Positions 48,137 through 58,591 of a stretch of 64,000 nucleotides of DNA are shown here, one piece after another. The notes beneath the pieces were generated by a model, which searched no databases, was not told where the DNA came from, and worked only from the letters and a program-made list of their open reading frames with translations. The position numbers and the translations under genes are program-made. Positions within the stretch are counted from its first letter, which is position 1, and every line of letters starts with the position of its first letter. Origin of the DNA: Candidatus Latescibacterota bacterium (GTDB lineage: Bacteria > Latescibacterota > UBA2968 > GCA-2709665). The stretch covers positions 2,656,001 to 2,720,000 of the forward strand of contig OZ241917.1 in NCBI GenBank assembly GCA_965203805.1, read 5' to 3'.

Positions 48137-49132
48137 TCAGGTGGCTTCTTTCAGAAGGCGCTGCACGAGTTCGAGCGCCGTGACCCCCTCGGCCTCGGCA
48201 TTGAAACTGGTGACGATGCGATGGCGCAGAACCGGTACGGCGACGAATTTGACGTCGTCGATCGCAGCTGCGTACCGTCCTTCCAGGAGGGCGCGGGCTT
48301 TGGCGCCCAGAATAAGGAACTGAGAAGCCCGCGGCCCCGCGCCCCAGTTGACCATCCGGGTGACATAGTCCGGCGCGCCGTCCGCACCCGGCCGGGTCCT
48401 GCGGGCCAGGCCCACGGCGTAGTCAATGACATGGTCGGCCACCGGAACCTTTCGGATGAGTTGCTGGAGTTCGACGATTTCATGCGCGTCGAATACCGGT
48501 TCGATTTCCGCGGTGTAGGCGCTGGTGGTCGTGCGAACGATCTGTCTTTCTTCTTCTTCCGCGGGATAGTCGATCCAAAGATTGAAAATGAACCGGTCGA
48601 GCTGCGCTTCGGGAAGCGGATACGTGCCTTCCTGCTCGATCGGATTCTGCGTTGCCAGCACAAAAAAGGGCTCTTCCAGGCGAAACGTGTCGCCGCCGGC
48701 GGTCACCTCGTGCTCCTGCATGGCCTGGAGCAGTGCCGCCTGGGTCTTCGGAGGGGTGCGGTTGACCTCGTCCGCCAGAATGACGTTCGCAAAGAGGGGG
48801 CCCTTTACGAAGCGGAAGGCCTTGTGGCCGGTGCGTTGGTCTTCTTCCAGGACTTCCGTGCCGGTAATATCCGATGGCATCAGGTCCGGCGTGAATTGAA
48901 TTCGGCTGAAGCGGAGGTCGAGCGCTCTGGCAAGCGTGCTGATGAGGAGCGTCTTTGCGAGACCCGGAACCCCCACGAGCAGGCAATGACCGCCGCAAAG
49001 GAGCGCAATGAGCAATTGGTCCACAATCTCCGTCTGCCCCACGATGATCTTGCCGATTTCGTTCTTGATACGGGCGTGGGCGGTCTTCAGTCTTTCGACG
49101 GCTTCGAGATCATCGGTGGGCTGTTCCGGCAT
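48137..49132 (-). CDS. moxR: MoxR-family AAA+ ATPase
   Basis: GVPGLAKT; RIQFTPDLMPSD; LADEVNR; ATQNPIEQEGTYPLPEAQLDRF. Confidence 0.95.
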   Translation of the reverse strand: MPEQPTDDLEAVERLKTAHARIKNEIGKIIVGQTEIVDQLLIALLCGGHCLLVGVPGLAKTLLISTLARALDLRFSRIQFTPDLMPSDITGTEVLEEDQRTGHKAFRFVKGPLFANVILADEVNRTPPKTQAALLQAMQEHEVTAGGDTFRLEEPFFVLATQNPIEQEGTYPLPEAQLDRFIFNLWIDYPAEEEERQIVRTTTSAYTAEIEPVFDAHEIVELQQLIRKVPVADHVIDYAVGLARRTRPGADGAPDYVTRMVNWGAGPRASQFLILGAKARALLEGRYAAAIDDVKFVAVPVLRHRIVTSFNAEAEGVTALELVQRLLKEAT

Positions 49133-49200
49133 GGTTGGGCATTCCTTCGCGGTGCGAATCCAAGCCTGGTCGCGGACGTTCCCGGATGTCGGGGGCGCGT

Positions 49201-50559
49201 TCAGGTCTTCCGTTTCTGTTTCTTTGCCGCCGGGAACAGGATGTTGTTCAAAATAAGGCGATACCCTGGCGAGTTCCGGCGCAGCGCGAGTTGGGTGGGC
49301 GGGTCTCCCACGTAGTGGCGATAGTCTTCCGGGTCGTGTCCGGCGTAGAAGGTAAACGTGCCGCGACCCACATTTCCGTGGATGTACTTCACCTGATCCG
49401 TACCGCTGACCTCGCCCATAATGGTGACGGACTTCTTGATCCGATTCCTGCGAAATGCCGTGGTCTGACCCAGAAATCCGCGAACAACAGGCACGTGGTT
49501 CTGGGTGAGCATGGCGGGCACGGGATCGAATTTGGCCGAGAATTCAAACAGGGTGAACGCGTCGGCGTCGGGGCCCACAGGCCGCGCGCCGGTGGTGGGC
49601 GAGACGTCGATATCCGCGTGCTCATATTCCATCGGGTCCGCGACCAGGGAAAAGTCCTCGAAGGCGACCGTCCTCGAAAAGTCCAGTCTGGACTGCGCCT
49701 GAGGGTGGGGCGGGTCGCCGTCGTACACGGTATCCACGATGTCGACACCGGTTGCGGCCAGGGCAATATCAAAGGTATCCGTTGCGGAACACATTGCAAA
49801 CATAAATCCCCCGTCGGAGATGTATGCCAGTATGGCGCGGGCAACCGCGCCTTTTTCCTCGGAAACCTTTTTAAATCCCAGGCGCGTGGCGAGGCTTTCG
49901 AACTGGGCCTGCTGGCGCCGGTACCAGAGTTCATGACCATGGCTTCGGTAGAACTTTCCGTACTGACCTGTGAAATCCTCGTGATGCAGATGCAGCCAGT
50001 CGTACTCGGCAAGCTTCCCCGCCAGCACTTCTTCGTCCCAGAGAACGTCGTACGGGATTTCGGCGTATGACAGGGCCAACGTGACGGCATCGTCCCAGGG
50101 CTGTTTGTTCGGCGGCGTATATACCGCGATTTTCGGCGCCTTCTCCAGGCGCACGGCATTCATGTTTCCCTGCTCGATCTCCGCGTAAATGCGTACGGCA
50201 TCGGCTCCGGAGATACGCTCGAAATCGACGTCACGCAGACGCGCTTCACCTGCGGCCGATTCGACATAGTCCAACAGGAAGGCGCCGCCCCGGTAGTTGA
50301 GCAGCCACTCCACCACGAAGTTCTGCTCAAGCGCCCAGTAGGCCAGACCGTAGGCCTTGAGGTGATTCGTCTGCCCGAGGTCCATGGGAACGAGCAGCTT
50401 GTTCGCTGCCGCATTCGAAGGGGCGCCCAACAGACACACACTCAGGACGAGAACTCGGACAATAGTGCCGGTGCTGGCGCCAGAATGGTTCCGTAAGCCC
50501 GATTCCCCGGGCGGAACCGCGTCATTCGTCTTTCGGTTCGTGCGTCCGTGAGGTTTCAC
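49201..50559 (-). CDS. Exported glutamine-amidotransferase-like protein (FCB family often labelled 'asparagine synthetase B')
   Basis: Q.NHLKAYG; WLLNYRGG; PWDDAVTLAL.YAEIPY; LHLHHEDFTGQYGKFY; FAMCSATD; GHDPEDY; signal-like N-terminus; true start uncertain. Confidence 0.7.
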   Translation of the reverse strand: MKPHGRTNRKTNDAVPPGESGLRNHSGASTGTIVRVLVLSVCLLGAPSNAAANKLLVPMDLGQTNHLKAYGLAYWALEQNFVVEWLLNYRGGAFLLDYVESAAGEARLRDVDFERISGADAVRIYAEIEQGNMNAVRLEKAPKIAVYTPPNKQPWDDAVTLALSYAEIPYDVLWDEEVLAGKLAEYDWLHLHHEDFTGQYGKFYRSHGHELWYRRQQAQFESLATRLGFKKVSEEKGAVARAILAYISDGGFMFAMCSATDTFDIALAATGVDIVDTVYDGDPPHPQAQSRLDFSRTVAFEDFSLVADPMEYEHADIDVSPTTGARPVGPDADAFTLFEFSAKFDPVPAMLTQNHVPVVRGFLGQTTAFRRNRIKKSVTIMGEVSGTDQVKYIHGNVGRGTFTFYAGHDPEDYRHYVGDPPTQLALRRNSPGYRLILNNILFPAAKKQKRKT

Positions 50560-52386
50560 CTATCCGGGCTCCTCGCGGGTGGTTTCCAGGGTCTTGATTT
50601 TCTCTCGAAGCGCTCGAACCCGTTCCCGGGCCTCCCCGGCCTCCAGGCTGTGCGGATATGCCGCCAGAACGGATTCGTATGCCTGTAAAGCGTCCTGGTA
50701 TTGCCCGAGCGTCCGCTCGTAGATCCTTCCCGCGGTCAGCATCGCCCCGGGACACAACGGACTCCAGGGGACGCTTGCGACCATGTGCCGGGACATCCGA
50801 ATGGCTTCGCTGTACCTGCCGAGGCTGTCCAGGAGCGTCATCTGTTTTGCAAGGGCACGGTCCAGAAGACCCGATTTCGGATGGGTTTCCACAAACCTGC
50901 GGAACGCTATCAGGGCCGATTCCGGCTTCTGCCTGCGAACGAGCCTGCACGCCGCGGCGTAGGTTCGAAGCACCCCGGCATCCTCGCGGTCGGCATGCTC
51001 GAGCAGAACCGAGAGCGCCAGCGCGTCGTTGTATGCGAATCGATCCGAATCGCCCGAAAGCACCGTGTCGATCATGGCCCGGGCGGCAACGATGTCGCCC
51101 TGCAGATAACGGCATTCGGCAATGAGGAAACGGGCCTGGACGGCGTCTTCCGTCCCCTGCTGTTCCCTGGCAACGCGAGCATACACCGATTCGGCATCGT
51201 CAAGCCGGTCCGCAATGACCATGATGTCCGCAATTTCGAAGAGGGCTCGATAACGCCAGGAAGTGCGCCTTTTCGAGCCGGCGACCGCGCGGAATGCATC
51301 CAGCGCAGCCGTGGCATCCCCATAGTCGCGGCGCAGGAGGCGCCCCAGCCGATACCCGGCCTCCTGGGCATGGAGGGTCCCGGGATAGCTGCCAATCAGG
51401 CCCCTGTACATAGCCGCAGCCGTGTCGACCCTCGCCAAACCCTCGTTGGCCCTACCCAGGCCCAGGAGTACGCCCGGCGGGCCCGCAGCGGTCTCGGAGC
51501 CCGCCAGGAGCATCCGATAGCCGGCGGCCGCCGTCTCGAACCGGCCGGCATAGAAAGCGTGGTTGGCGAGACGCAGAAGAAACGTCTCCTGTTTCGGATG
51601 AAGACGTGAAAACGTCGCGAAAACCCGCAGCGCCGGCTCCTCGCGACCTGCCGCAATGGCGTACTCCGTGAACAGCCTCAGAGAGATGTCGTCCCGCGGA
51701 TGCGCCCGAAGCTCCCGGCCCAGGGCGGCAAGAATCCGGTCGTGCCGGTCGCCCTCGCGCGCGTAACGCCTGAATCGTGCTTCGATCGACCCGACGGCAT
51801 GCGGCTGCTGACGAACGAAAACCAGGTACTCGGCGACAGCATCGGGATAGCGCGCGTGCCGCTCGGCGATTTCAGCCATCTCCCTTGCGAAAAGCAGCGG
51901 GTTGTCCAGAGTCTTGCGTCCCTGCCGGCACACGGACAGAGCCCGCGACGGAAGGTTGTGTTTCAGGAAACGCCGGGCAACCAGCGCAAAGGTGCCCTCG
52001 TCGGAAGCATCGGCGACGATACGTTCCCAGTGCGCAATGGCTCCCTTCAGATCGCCCGTTTCGGACTGGATGTCCGCCAGCCTGAGACGGACCGACCGGT
52101 CTTGCGGTCTCTCCCTTAGATGGGCCTCAAGAAGGCGTCCGGCTTCGACGCGGCGCCCGGTGCGGACGAGGATCGATTCAATACGCAGGAGAACGTCTGC
52201 GCGGTAGGGATACCGTTTCAGAAGCTTCCGGTAAAGCCGCAGTGCGCCCCTCAGGTCGCCTGATGCCTCCATCGCATTGGCCTGTCTCAGGGTTTCTCCG
52301 GGCGTGGCGGCGGGGAGATCCACCGGCGCGATCAGGAGAAACGCAGCGAGAACGGAAACAGTATGGGGTAAAATCCGCATTTTCAC
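50560..52386 (-). CDS. Exported tetratricopeptide-repeat protein
   Basis: Signal peptide; multiple TPR motifs (A...Y..L...YP). Confidence 0.85.
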   Translation of the reverse strand: MKMRILPHTVSVLAAFLLIAPVDLPAATPGETLRQANAMEASGDLRGALRLYRKLLKRYPYRADVLLRIESILVRTGRRVEAGRLLEAHLRERPQDRSVRLRLADIQSETGDLKGAIAHWERIVADASDEGTFALVARRFLKHNLPSRALSVCRQGRKTLDNPLLFAREMAEIAERHARYPDAVAEYLVFVRQQPHAVGSIEARFRRYAREGDRHDRILAALGRELRAHPRDDISLRLFTEYAIAAGREEPALRVFATFSRLHPKQETFLLRLANHAFYAGRFETAAAGYRMLLAGSETAAGPPGVLLGLGRANEGLARVDTAAAMYRGLIGSYPGTLHAQEAGYRLGRLLRRDYGDATAALDAFRAVAGSKRRTSWRYRALFEIADIMVIADRLDDAESVYARVAREQQGTEDAVQARFLIAECRYLQGDIVAARAMIDTVLSGDSDRFAYNDALALSVLLEHADREDAGVLRTYAAACRLVRRQKPESALIAFRRFVETHPKSGLLDRALAKQMTLLDSLGRYSEAIRMSRHMVASVPWSPLCPGAMLTAGRIYERTLGQYQDALQAYESVLAAYPHSLEAGEARERVRALREKIKTLETTREEPG

Positions 52387-55300
52387 CGGTCGTCTTCGCG
52401 CTTAAGCGCGTCCTGCATCAATGACTCGAAGTAGCTCCGGATGAGCCGCTGGTATTCGATCGCGAACCCTGCATCGAGCGCTTCCCGGAGACGTTTACGG
52501 AGCGGGTTGTCGGCTTCGCCCAGATCCGGGGGCAACGTGCCCGGCCCCCGGTACGACAGGTCTGAACCCCGCCGTGCGCGCCGTTCCGTGCTTCGGCCGC
52601 GTTGACGGATCGATCTATGGGCATCCAGCAGGCGAGATAGAATCCTGCGCTGGCGCTCCAGCGTCCCGCTGCCCGCGCGCCGCTCCTGCATCTCCTGAAC
52701 GACGGCATCCATCTCTGATGCGATATGGTCCAGATCGCCGAGCAGCGCCTGCCGCCGGCTGCCCATACGCCGGCGGGTTTCCTGCAGCGCCTGCAGGATG
52801 GCTCTCTGCCTGGCCGCCATCCGTGCGAGGCTCATCTGGCGACCCTTTCCTTCGGACGACGGACGCCGCGAATCGAGCAGGGATTCGCTCAGTGTGTTCA
52901 GGCCCGACTGTTGGTCGGCCAATTCCTGCATGCGCTGGAGCATTTCTTCCAGGCCCACCGAAGATCCGGAAGCGGAGATGTCCTCAATTACCTTACGGAG
53001 CGCGAGCGCGGCGTCATTCAGGGCGCCCATGGCGTCTTTGCCGGTATCGGCGGCCCGTGAACCGGCGCCAGCCTGGATATGACCGGCGGCCTCCCTGATC
53101 CTGATGAGCGCCCGACCCAGCGCGGCGCCGGTTTCGGACGTGACGAAATAGGTCCTGTGAGCAGCTTCCATCAAGTGGTTGGCCAGACGCGTCGCGCCGG
53201 CCAGTAAACGCGCCTGCTCAGCCGCCAGCATTGCCGGATCGCTGTCCCGGGATAAACCCTCCGCCTTGCGCGCGGTCTCTTCCTGGGCCGCAGAGAGGCC
53301 CAGCAGGTTGTGGGTCAGCTGATCGAGTTGGCGTATGAGGGCTTCCTTCCGGCGGTTGACAAAAGCCTGCCTGAGCGCGTCGAATTCCTTCGCGAACCTG
53401 TCGAGTTCTCCGGCGATGCGTGCGCCGCGGGTTCGAGCCGACCGGGCCGATCCGCCGCGCAGATCGCGACTGACGAGGCGCATGCGTTCGGGTATGCGCT
53501 GTGCTTCGAACCGATCCGCCAGGCGTCCCAGCTGGTCCGCGGCCGCGGGGTGCTCCGCTATCTTCCCCGTGGTTTGCGCAAGTTCGTCTTCAAATGAATC
53601 TGTCCGTTTTCGGATCGCGTCCTGCTGGCCTGCCAGGGACGAAGGAACGCGTTCATCATCGATGTTCCGGACCACGTGATGCTGCGCCTCCGAAAGCGCA
53701 ACCAGTGCCCGGGCCATGGCCTCGAGGGCCTGTTCCGTGCGTAGTTGCCGCAACAGGTCGATCGTCCGCTCCAGAGACTGCTGAAACCCTTCCTGTTCGC
53801 CTCGGAAGGCCTTCAGGGCTTCCTCCACGGCTGCGGGATCGACGCGCTCCATGGCGTCCCGGAGTTCCTCCATCGCTTCTTTCAATCCGGGCGTCTCGAT
53901 TTCGGAGAGCAGTTCCTGTATCTGGTTCAGCTTCTGAAGGGTTTCGTCCCCCAGAAGTCCGCTCTGCTCCAACCTGTCCAGTGTTTCTTCGAGTTTCTCG
54001 CTCACCTTCTCAAGACGTTCCCCGGCGTCGGCCTGGTCTTCGATCGCGGTTTCCAGTTCCTTGCCATGCTGCCATTGCATCTGTCGTTCTTTCAACAGTC
54101 GACGAGCGAACGCTTCAAGGCGTTCCCGTACCGCCTCCCCCTCCTCCCTGATGGCGGTCATTTCCTTCAGACCCTCTTCGTGAGCCTGCTGCGATTGCCG
54201 ATGGATCTCCAGCAGAGAAGGAAATCGGATGGTGAATGCCGGAGTTTCCGCCATGCCCGGTCCCGAAACCGTGTTGGCGTCGTACGCGCGCAGCCTGAAG
54301 ACGACTCGATCGCCCGGCAACAGGTCCAGGCCTGAAAGATCCCACACATGGGTCCGGGTGAGTTCTCCGACGTCCGGTTCATCCAGGGGGAAGGGGAGGA
54401 TCTCCGCTGCCTCGTCATCGTTCAGGCGGTATCGAATTTCGATCCTTGCAACGCCGAAGTCATCTCTGGCTTCCACGAACAGGGGGACCTGCATGTCTTC
54501 CCCCAGTTCGGTGTCTTTTCCCGGCCGGAGCAAGCGGATTTCCGGAGGATGGTCCTGCAGGGCCACGATGCGGTATTCAACAGGATCGGTGCTGGCGATA
54601 TCGTGCGTATCGCGCAGTGCGACAGTATATCGCCGGTTCCGGCTGACATTCAGATTGAATCGAGCGAATCGTCCGTCTATTCGCGCCTTTGAAGCGATGC
54701 TGTCGTCGAAGACGATTTCAGCGGCGCTCAACGGCAGGCTGGATTCCACGTGAAGGGCGGTCGAGGTTCCGGCGATGGCCACAATATCGCCGCCATCCAC
54801 GTCGCGGACTTCCTCCAGGCGGGTATAGGCCGGATAGCGGTTGTCGTGGCGGAGCCGCACCACCATCGGCCGCGGTTTCGCCGTAATCGTATAGACCGGC
54901 GTTACGGCGTCGTTTGCTTGAAGTCGGTACTGAAGTGATCGGTTAACGGCGGGAATTCTGTGCTCGATCCGCCCGTTGCGCACCGAAAGCTCGAGGAGCG
55001 TCCAGGCGTCATCTTCCCGCAGATAGATCCCGGCCTGGAGGGGCACGAGACCGGTGAGCGTCGCCGTAATCGCCAACGGCTCGCCGGCGACGATTTCGGC
55101 GCTCCCGGGGTGGACTTCTATAAACGTCTCGGGCGGGCGGGTGTAGGCAGTGGCCGGTCGTGCAAGCCGGCCGGCGGCAGCGGTCAGCGGTCCGGGGAGA
55201 ATCGCGAACGCCACGAGAATGGCGATGCCAAGCGCACCGCAGAGAACGGCCATCCGCAGGGGTTGGATGCGGGCGACCAGCGGATCCAGGTTCAGCCTCG

Positions 55301-55718
55301 CGAGGGCTTCGTCCGCCTGAATCACGGCGGCGCCGACCATCCGGGCGGAATGGTCGACGCGCCTCTCCGGACTCCAGAGCTGCAGCGCGCTGATCAGACG
55401 CTGATGAAGTCCGCCGAACGCGTGTTCGACCTGCAGGGCGACGTCTTCCGGTGACGGCGGAAGGAAAAGCGGACGAAAGCAGTAAAATACCGCGAGAACG
55501 GCCAGAACAAGCCCGACAACCCCCACCACGGCCACCTTGACCGCCGGAGGGAGATAGAGGGCGGTTTCAATGAGAAGCAAAACGAAAGCGCATCCCAGCG
55601 CGCAGCAGAGCGTCAGTCCCGCACCGTACAGGACGCGGGCGGAAATCTGTCTTTTCCGAAGCGCGTACAGCCTGCGCAGCAGGTTCCGGTACGCGGCATT
55701 TGCGGATGTTCCGGACAT
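52383..55718 (-). CDS. DUF4175-like membrane-anchored Ig-fold/coiled-coil protein
   Basis: N-terminal TM helices; YPAYT; D.PP.I.L..P; ARDDFG; long Q/E-rich coiled coil; YQRLI.SYF end. Confidence 0.75.
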   Translation of the reverse strand: MSGTSANAAYRNLLRRLYALRKRQISARVLYGAGLTLCCALGCAFVLLLIETALYLPPAVKVAVVGVVGLVLAVLAVFYCFRPLFLPPSPEDVALQVEHAFGGLHQRLISALQLWSPERRVDHSARMVGAAVIQADEALARLNLDPLVARIQPLRMAVLCGALGIAILVAFAILPGPLTAAAGRLARPATAYTRPPETFIEVHPGSAEIVAGEPLAITATLTGLVPLQAGIYLREDDAWTLLELSVRNGRIEHRIPAVNRSLQYRLQANDAVTPVYTITAKPRPMVVRLRHDNRYPAYTRLEEVRDVDGGDIVAIAGTSTALHVESSLPLSAAEIVFDDSIASKARIDGRFARFNLNVSRNRRYTVALRDTHDIASTDPVEYRIVALQDHPPEIRLLRPGKDTELGEDMQVPLFVEARDDFGVARIEIRYRLNDDEAAEILPFPLDEPDVGELTRTHVWDLSGLDLLPGDRVVFRLRAYDANTVSGPGMAETPAFTIRFPSLLEIHRQSQQAHEEGLKEMTAIREEGEAVRERLEAFARRLLKERQMQWQHGKELETAIEDQADAGERLEKVSEKLEETLDRLEQSGLLGDETLQKLNQIQELLSEIETPGLKEAMEELRDAMERVDPAAVEEALKAFRGEQEGFQQSLERTIDLLRQLRTEQALEAMARALVALSEAQHHVVRNIDDERVPSSLAGQQDAIRKRTDSFEDELAQTTGKIAEHPAAADQLGRLADRFEAQRIPERMRLVSRDLRGGSARSARTRGARIAGELDRFAKEFDALRQAFVNRRKEALIRQLDQLTHNLLGLSAAQEETARKAEGLSRDSDPAMLAAEQARLLAGATRLANHLMEAAHRTYFVTSETGAALGRALIRIREAAGHIQAGAGSRAADTGKDAMGALNDAALALRKVIEDISASGSSVGLEEMLQRMQELADQQSGLNTLSESLLDSRRPSSEGKGRQMSLARMAARQRAILQALQETRRRMGSRRQALLGDLDHIASEMDAVVQEMQERRAGSGTLERQRRILSRLLDAHRSIRQRGRSTERRARRGSDLSYRGPGTLPPDLGEADNPLRKRLREALDAGFAIEYQRLIRSYFESLMQDALKREDDR

Positions 55719-55754
55719 AGGTAGGGGGAGCGTAATTTCGGAGGCGTCGCGCGG

Positions 55755-56459
55755 TCAGTGGGTAAGCGCCCAGACGATGACGTTTGTGCCCATCTTCAAT
55801 GCGGCATCCCGCTTTTCAGCCGGATCTTCGTGGACTGCCGCGTCGTTCCAGCCATCCCCGAGGTCGCATTCGTAATTGTAAAACACCACAAGCCGTCCTT
55901 CGTGAAAGATGCCAAAGGCCTGCGGTCGTTTCCCGTCGTGCTCGTGGATCTTGGGAAGGCCGTCCGGGAACGGGAACGGGTGTTGAAAGATACCGAACGA
56001 GGGCGGCAACTCCACCAGTTCCTTGTCCGGGAACGTCCGTTTAACTTCACGGCGGAACGCCTTGTCCAGTCCGTAGTCGTCGTTGGCAAACAGGAAGCCG
56101 CCGTGTTCAAGGTACGTGCGCAGGCGCCTGGCCTCATCTTCGGAAAATCGGATATTTCCATGCCCGGTGAGGTAGAGTACGGGATAGGCGAAGAGGTCCT
56201 CGTCCATGATTTCGACCCTCGCTTCCCGGTCTGCCGTATGGATCGTCGTCTGACTTCGGATAAATGCCAGAAGGTTGGGAATCTCGGTGGGGCCGTTGTA
56301 CCAGTCGCCGCCGCCGCCGAACTTGAGCCGCGCTATCGTGAACGTCGCGGGAGGTTCCGGCAGTTGCGCCGGAGTGCGGGCGGCGCCAACCGCCAGAAGG
56401 CAAAGCAAGGCACAGGGCACTCCCCATCGGGCGGATCGTCCTGCGGCGTTGTAGGGCAT
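55755..56459 (-). CDS. DUF4159 domain protein
   Basis: GGGDWY; YLTGHG; LR.YL..GGFL; GLPKIHEHD; DLGDGW; MG.N. Confidence 0.85.
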   Translation of the reverse strand: MPYNAAGRSARWGVPCALLCLLAVGAARTPAQLPEPPATFTIARLKFGGGGDWYNGPTEIPNLLAFIRSQTTIHTADREARVEIMDEDLFAYPVLYLTGHGNIRFSEDEARRLRTYLEHGGFLFANDDYGLDKAFRREVKRTFPDKELVELPPSFGIFQHPFPFPDGLPKIHEHDGKRPQAFGIFHEGRLVVFYNYECDLGDGWNDAAVHEDPAEKRDAALKMGTNVIVWALTH

Positions 56460-56606
56460 TGAAATCCTGTTTATCCGTCTTCAGGATTGCGACCGGAATC
56501 AGTGAAAACGGGGCCGGACGAGGAGAACGGCGGCGTGTGTGGCCCGCGTTCCGGCGCCCGGCCCCAGTTTAAACGTGACAGGCTATGGGAAGTTCCAGGG
56601 CTCCGG

Positions 56607-56954
56607 TCATTCGGAATCGATCTGAAGCAGTCGCCTCGCCAGGTCCGGCGCCAGCGCGGAGTTCTTTTCAAAACTGAACGTGCAATCGAACGCCACGTCG
56701 GCCAGGCATCTTTCGTCGATCGGAAACGCGTTGCACTGAAGCGGCCGATTTTCGTAGATGCTGCAGACCGAGAATCCATCGTCCTGTTTGACCAGGAAGG
56801 GACATTTGAAAAGAATCTCGCAGCAATTGCCGCACCGGTTGCATTCGCCCGCAAGGCGCGTTGCCTGCTGCGCAACATAGGACTTCCGAAAGTGAACCAG
56901 GATCAGTCGGCGAACTTTCCCTGCGGCCTGACGCGCCCTGAATGGCAAATTCAT
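56607..56954 (-). CDS. Small Cys-rich Fe-S/Zn protein (YkgJ/CxxCxxCC-like)
   Basis: CNRCGNCC...CPFL...CSIYENRP.QC..FP. Confidence 0.75.
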   Translation of the reverse strand: MNLPFRARQAAGKVRRLILVHFRKSYVAQQATRLAGECNRCGNCCEILFKCPFLVKQDDGFSVCSIYENRPLQCNAFPIDERCLADVAFDCTFSFEKNSALAPDLARRLLQIDSE

Positions 56955-56989
56955 GTGTGCTCCATTTTTCATCTGTCGCAGAGGCTTGC

Positions 56990-58519
56990 TCAGGGTTTGC
57001 TCCCGGACGTGGGGTCCCGTTCGACACTTGCCGGAGTCGACAGCCGGAAGAGTTGCCGGATCTCCTGCCACTCTCCGGTTTCAAGGAAGTTCCAGCCCCA
57101 CAGGACGAACGGATAGGCCAGCAACAGAATGCACCGGGTCACGACACCGGACGGGCTGGCATCGGAGACATTTCCGGATACGACAAGAAAAACGATGCCC
57201 CCGGCGACCGCGACCTTCGCCAGGCGGGCGTATTCGTAGGCGACCGGATAAAACCGTCGGGTGTGGAGATAAAGGAAAACGACCATGACCCCGTAGGCGG
57301 CCAGCGTGCTCCAGGCCGCGCCAAGCACGCCCATGCGCGGGATGAGCAGAAGGTTGAGTCCCACATTGATGCCCGCGCCCAGGGCCACAATGAAGGGCAG
57401 CATGCGTGAACGGCCCTCCGCGTAGACGCCGGCCGTCAATATAATGTATATGCCGGACAAAAGGAATGCAAGGGTTACAATGGGAATGACGCCCTGCGCG
57501 GGAAGGTAATCGGCGGCCCTGTCGCCGCAGCCCAGCAGGATGAGATCCCGGGCAAAGGCGGAAAGTACCAGCAGCAGCAGGGTCGCTCCCGCGGCAAAGT
57601 AGGTCGTCATCCGGGCGACGACGTTGCGGGCCTCCGTTCTGTCCGGAATGGCCAGGACCCCGGGCGCCCAGGCGGCGCGGAATACGCGCGTAAGCATCTG
57701 CATGGGCAGACAAAAACGGAAGAGGATCTGAAGGACCCCGACGGGATCCTTGCCGATAAAAAATTTGAGCAGCAACCGGTCGGACAGGTTTATCAGCAGA
57801 AGGGCCGCGGCGGAAGGAACGAAGGGCAGGCCGAAGTGCAGAAGCTCGCGCAGGATCGCGTGCGAATAGACGGGCCGGAGTTCACGAAAACCCACCGGAC
57901 ACAGGGCGAGAAAGGCAAACGTCGAGCTTGCCAGGTTGCTCCAGAATATGGCACGCACCCCGTGTCCTTCCCACGCAATCAGATAAACGGTGAGGCCGAG
58001 CTGCAATGTGTGCTGGACGAACCGGACAGCCGCGTAAATTCCGGATCGTTGCCGCACCCTGCACAACGTGAAAAAAGGCTCGGAAAGGGTATCCAGCAGC
58101 AGAATGACCGCGATTGTCCGGAAGATATCGGCGTAGGACGTGGAATTGAGAAAGAAAACAGCGAGGCGTGCCGCGGAGGTCCAGACGAGGACGGAAAGAA
58201 CGACGCCGACGACCAGAAGTGTCCAATATGCCGTGCTGAACTTGAGGCGAATGCCCGCGGCGCCGCGCTCGACGGAAAGATGGCGGACAAGCGCGTGGTT
58301 CAGACCCAGTGCGTACAGGAGAACGCTGAAACTGACAAAGGCATACGCCAGAGCCATGTCGCCGTTTTCGGAAGGCGAAAGGAGGCGGGCGTACACCGGC
58401 ACCAGCAGGATGCCCGTCGCCTTGCCGAGCAGGTCGCCCATCCCGTAAACGGCAGTGTGTTTTGCGAGCGATTTGACGTGACGCAAGCGCATGGTGAATT
58501 CGCGGTCATCCATCTTCAC
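56990..58519 (-). CDS. Polysaccharide/oligosaccharide flippase (Wzx/MOP family)
   Basis: KHTAVYG; LLVPVYARLL; ELLHFGLP; DRLLL; LNLLLIP..G..GAA; about 12-14 TM helices. Confidence 0.85.
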   Translation of the reverse strand: MKMDDREFTMRLRHVKSLAKHTAVYGMGDLLGKATGILLVPVYARLLSPSENGDMALAYAFVSFSVLLYALGLNHALVRHLSVERGAAGIRLKFSTAYWTLLVVGVVLSVLVWTSAARLAVFFLNSTSYADIFRTIAVILLLDTLSEPFFTLCRVRQRSGIYAAVRFVQHTLQLGLTVYLIAWEGHGVRAIFWSNLASSTFAFLALCPVGFRELRPVYSHAILRELLHFGLPFVPSAAALLLINLSDRLLLKFFIGKDPVGVLQILFRFCLPMQMLTRVFRAAWAPGVLAIPDRTEARNVVARMTTYFAAGATLLLLVLSAFARDLILLGCGDRAADYLPAQGVIPIVTLAFLLSGIYIILTAGVYAEGRSRMLPFIVALGAGINVGLNLLLIPRMGVLGAAWSTLAAYGVMVVFLYLHTRRFYPVAYEYARLAKVAVAGGIVFLVVSGNVSDASPSGVVTRCILLLAYPFVLWGWNFLETGEWQEIRQLFRLSTPASVERDPTSGSKP

Positions 58520-58591
58520 CGGTGTCGGACACGACGGCCGCCGCGCCGGGATGGAACCGGAGAACGCAGGTCGGAAGGATGGATGTGATGT

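Noticed and set aside
49201-50559. True asparagine synthetase (asnB)
   Set aside because: Lacks the N-terminal Cys glutaminase and SGGLDS synthetase motifs and appears exported.
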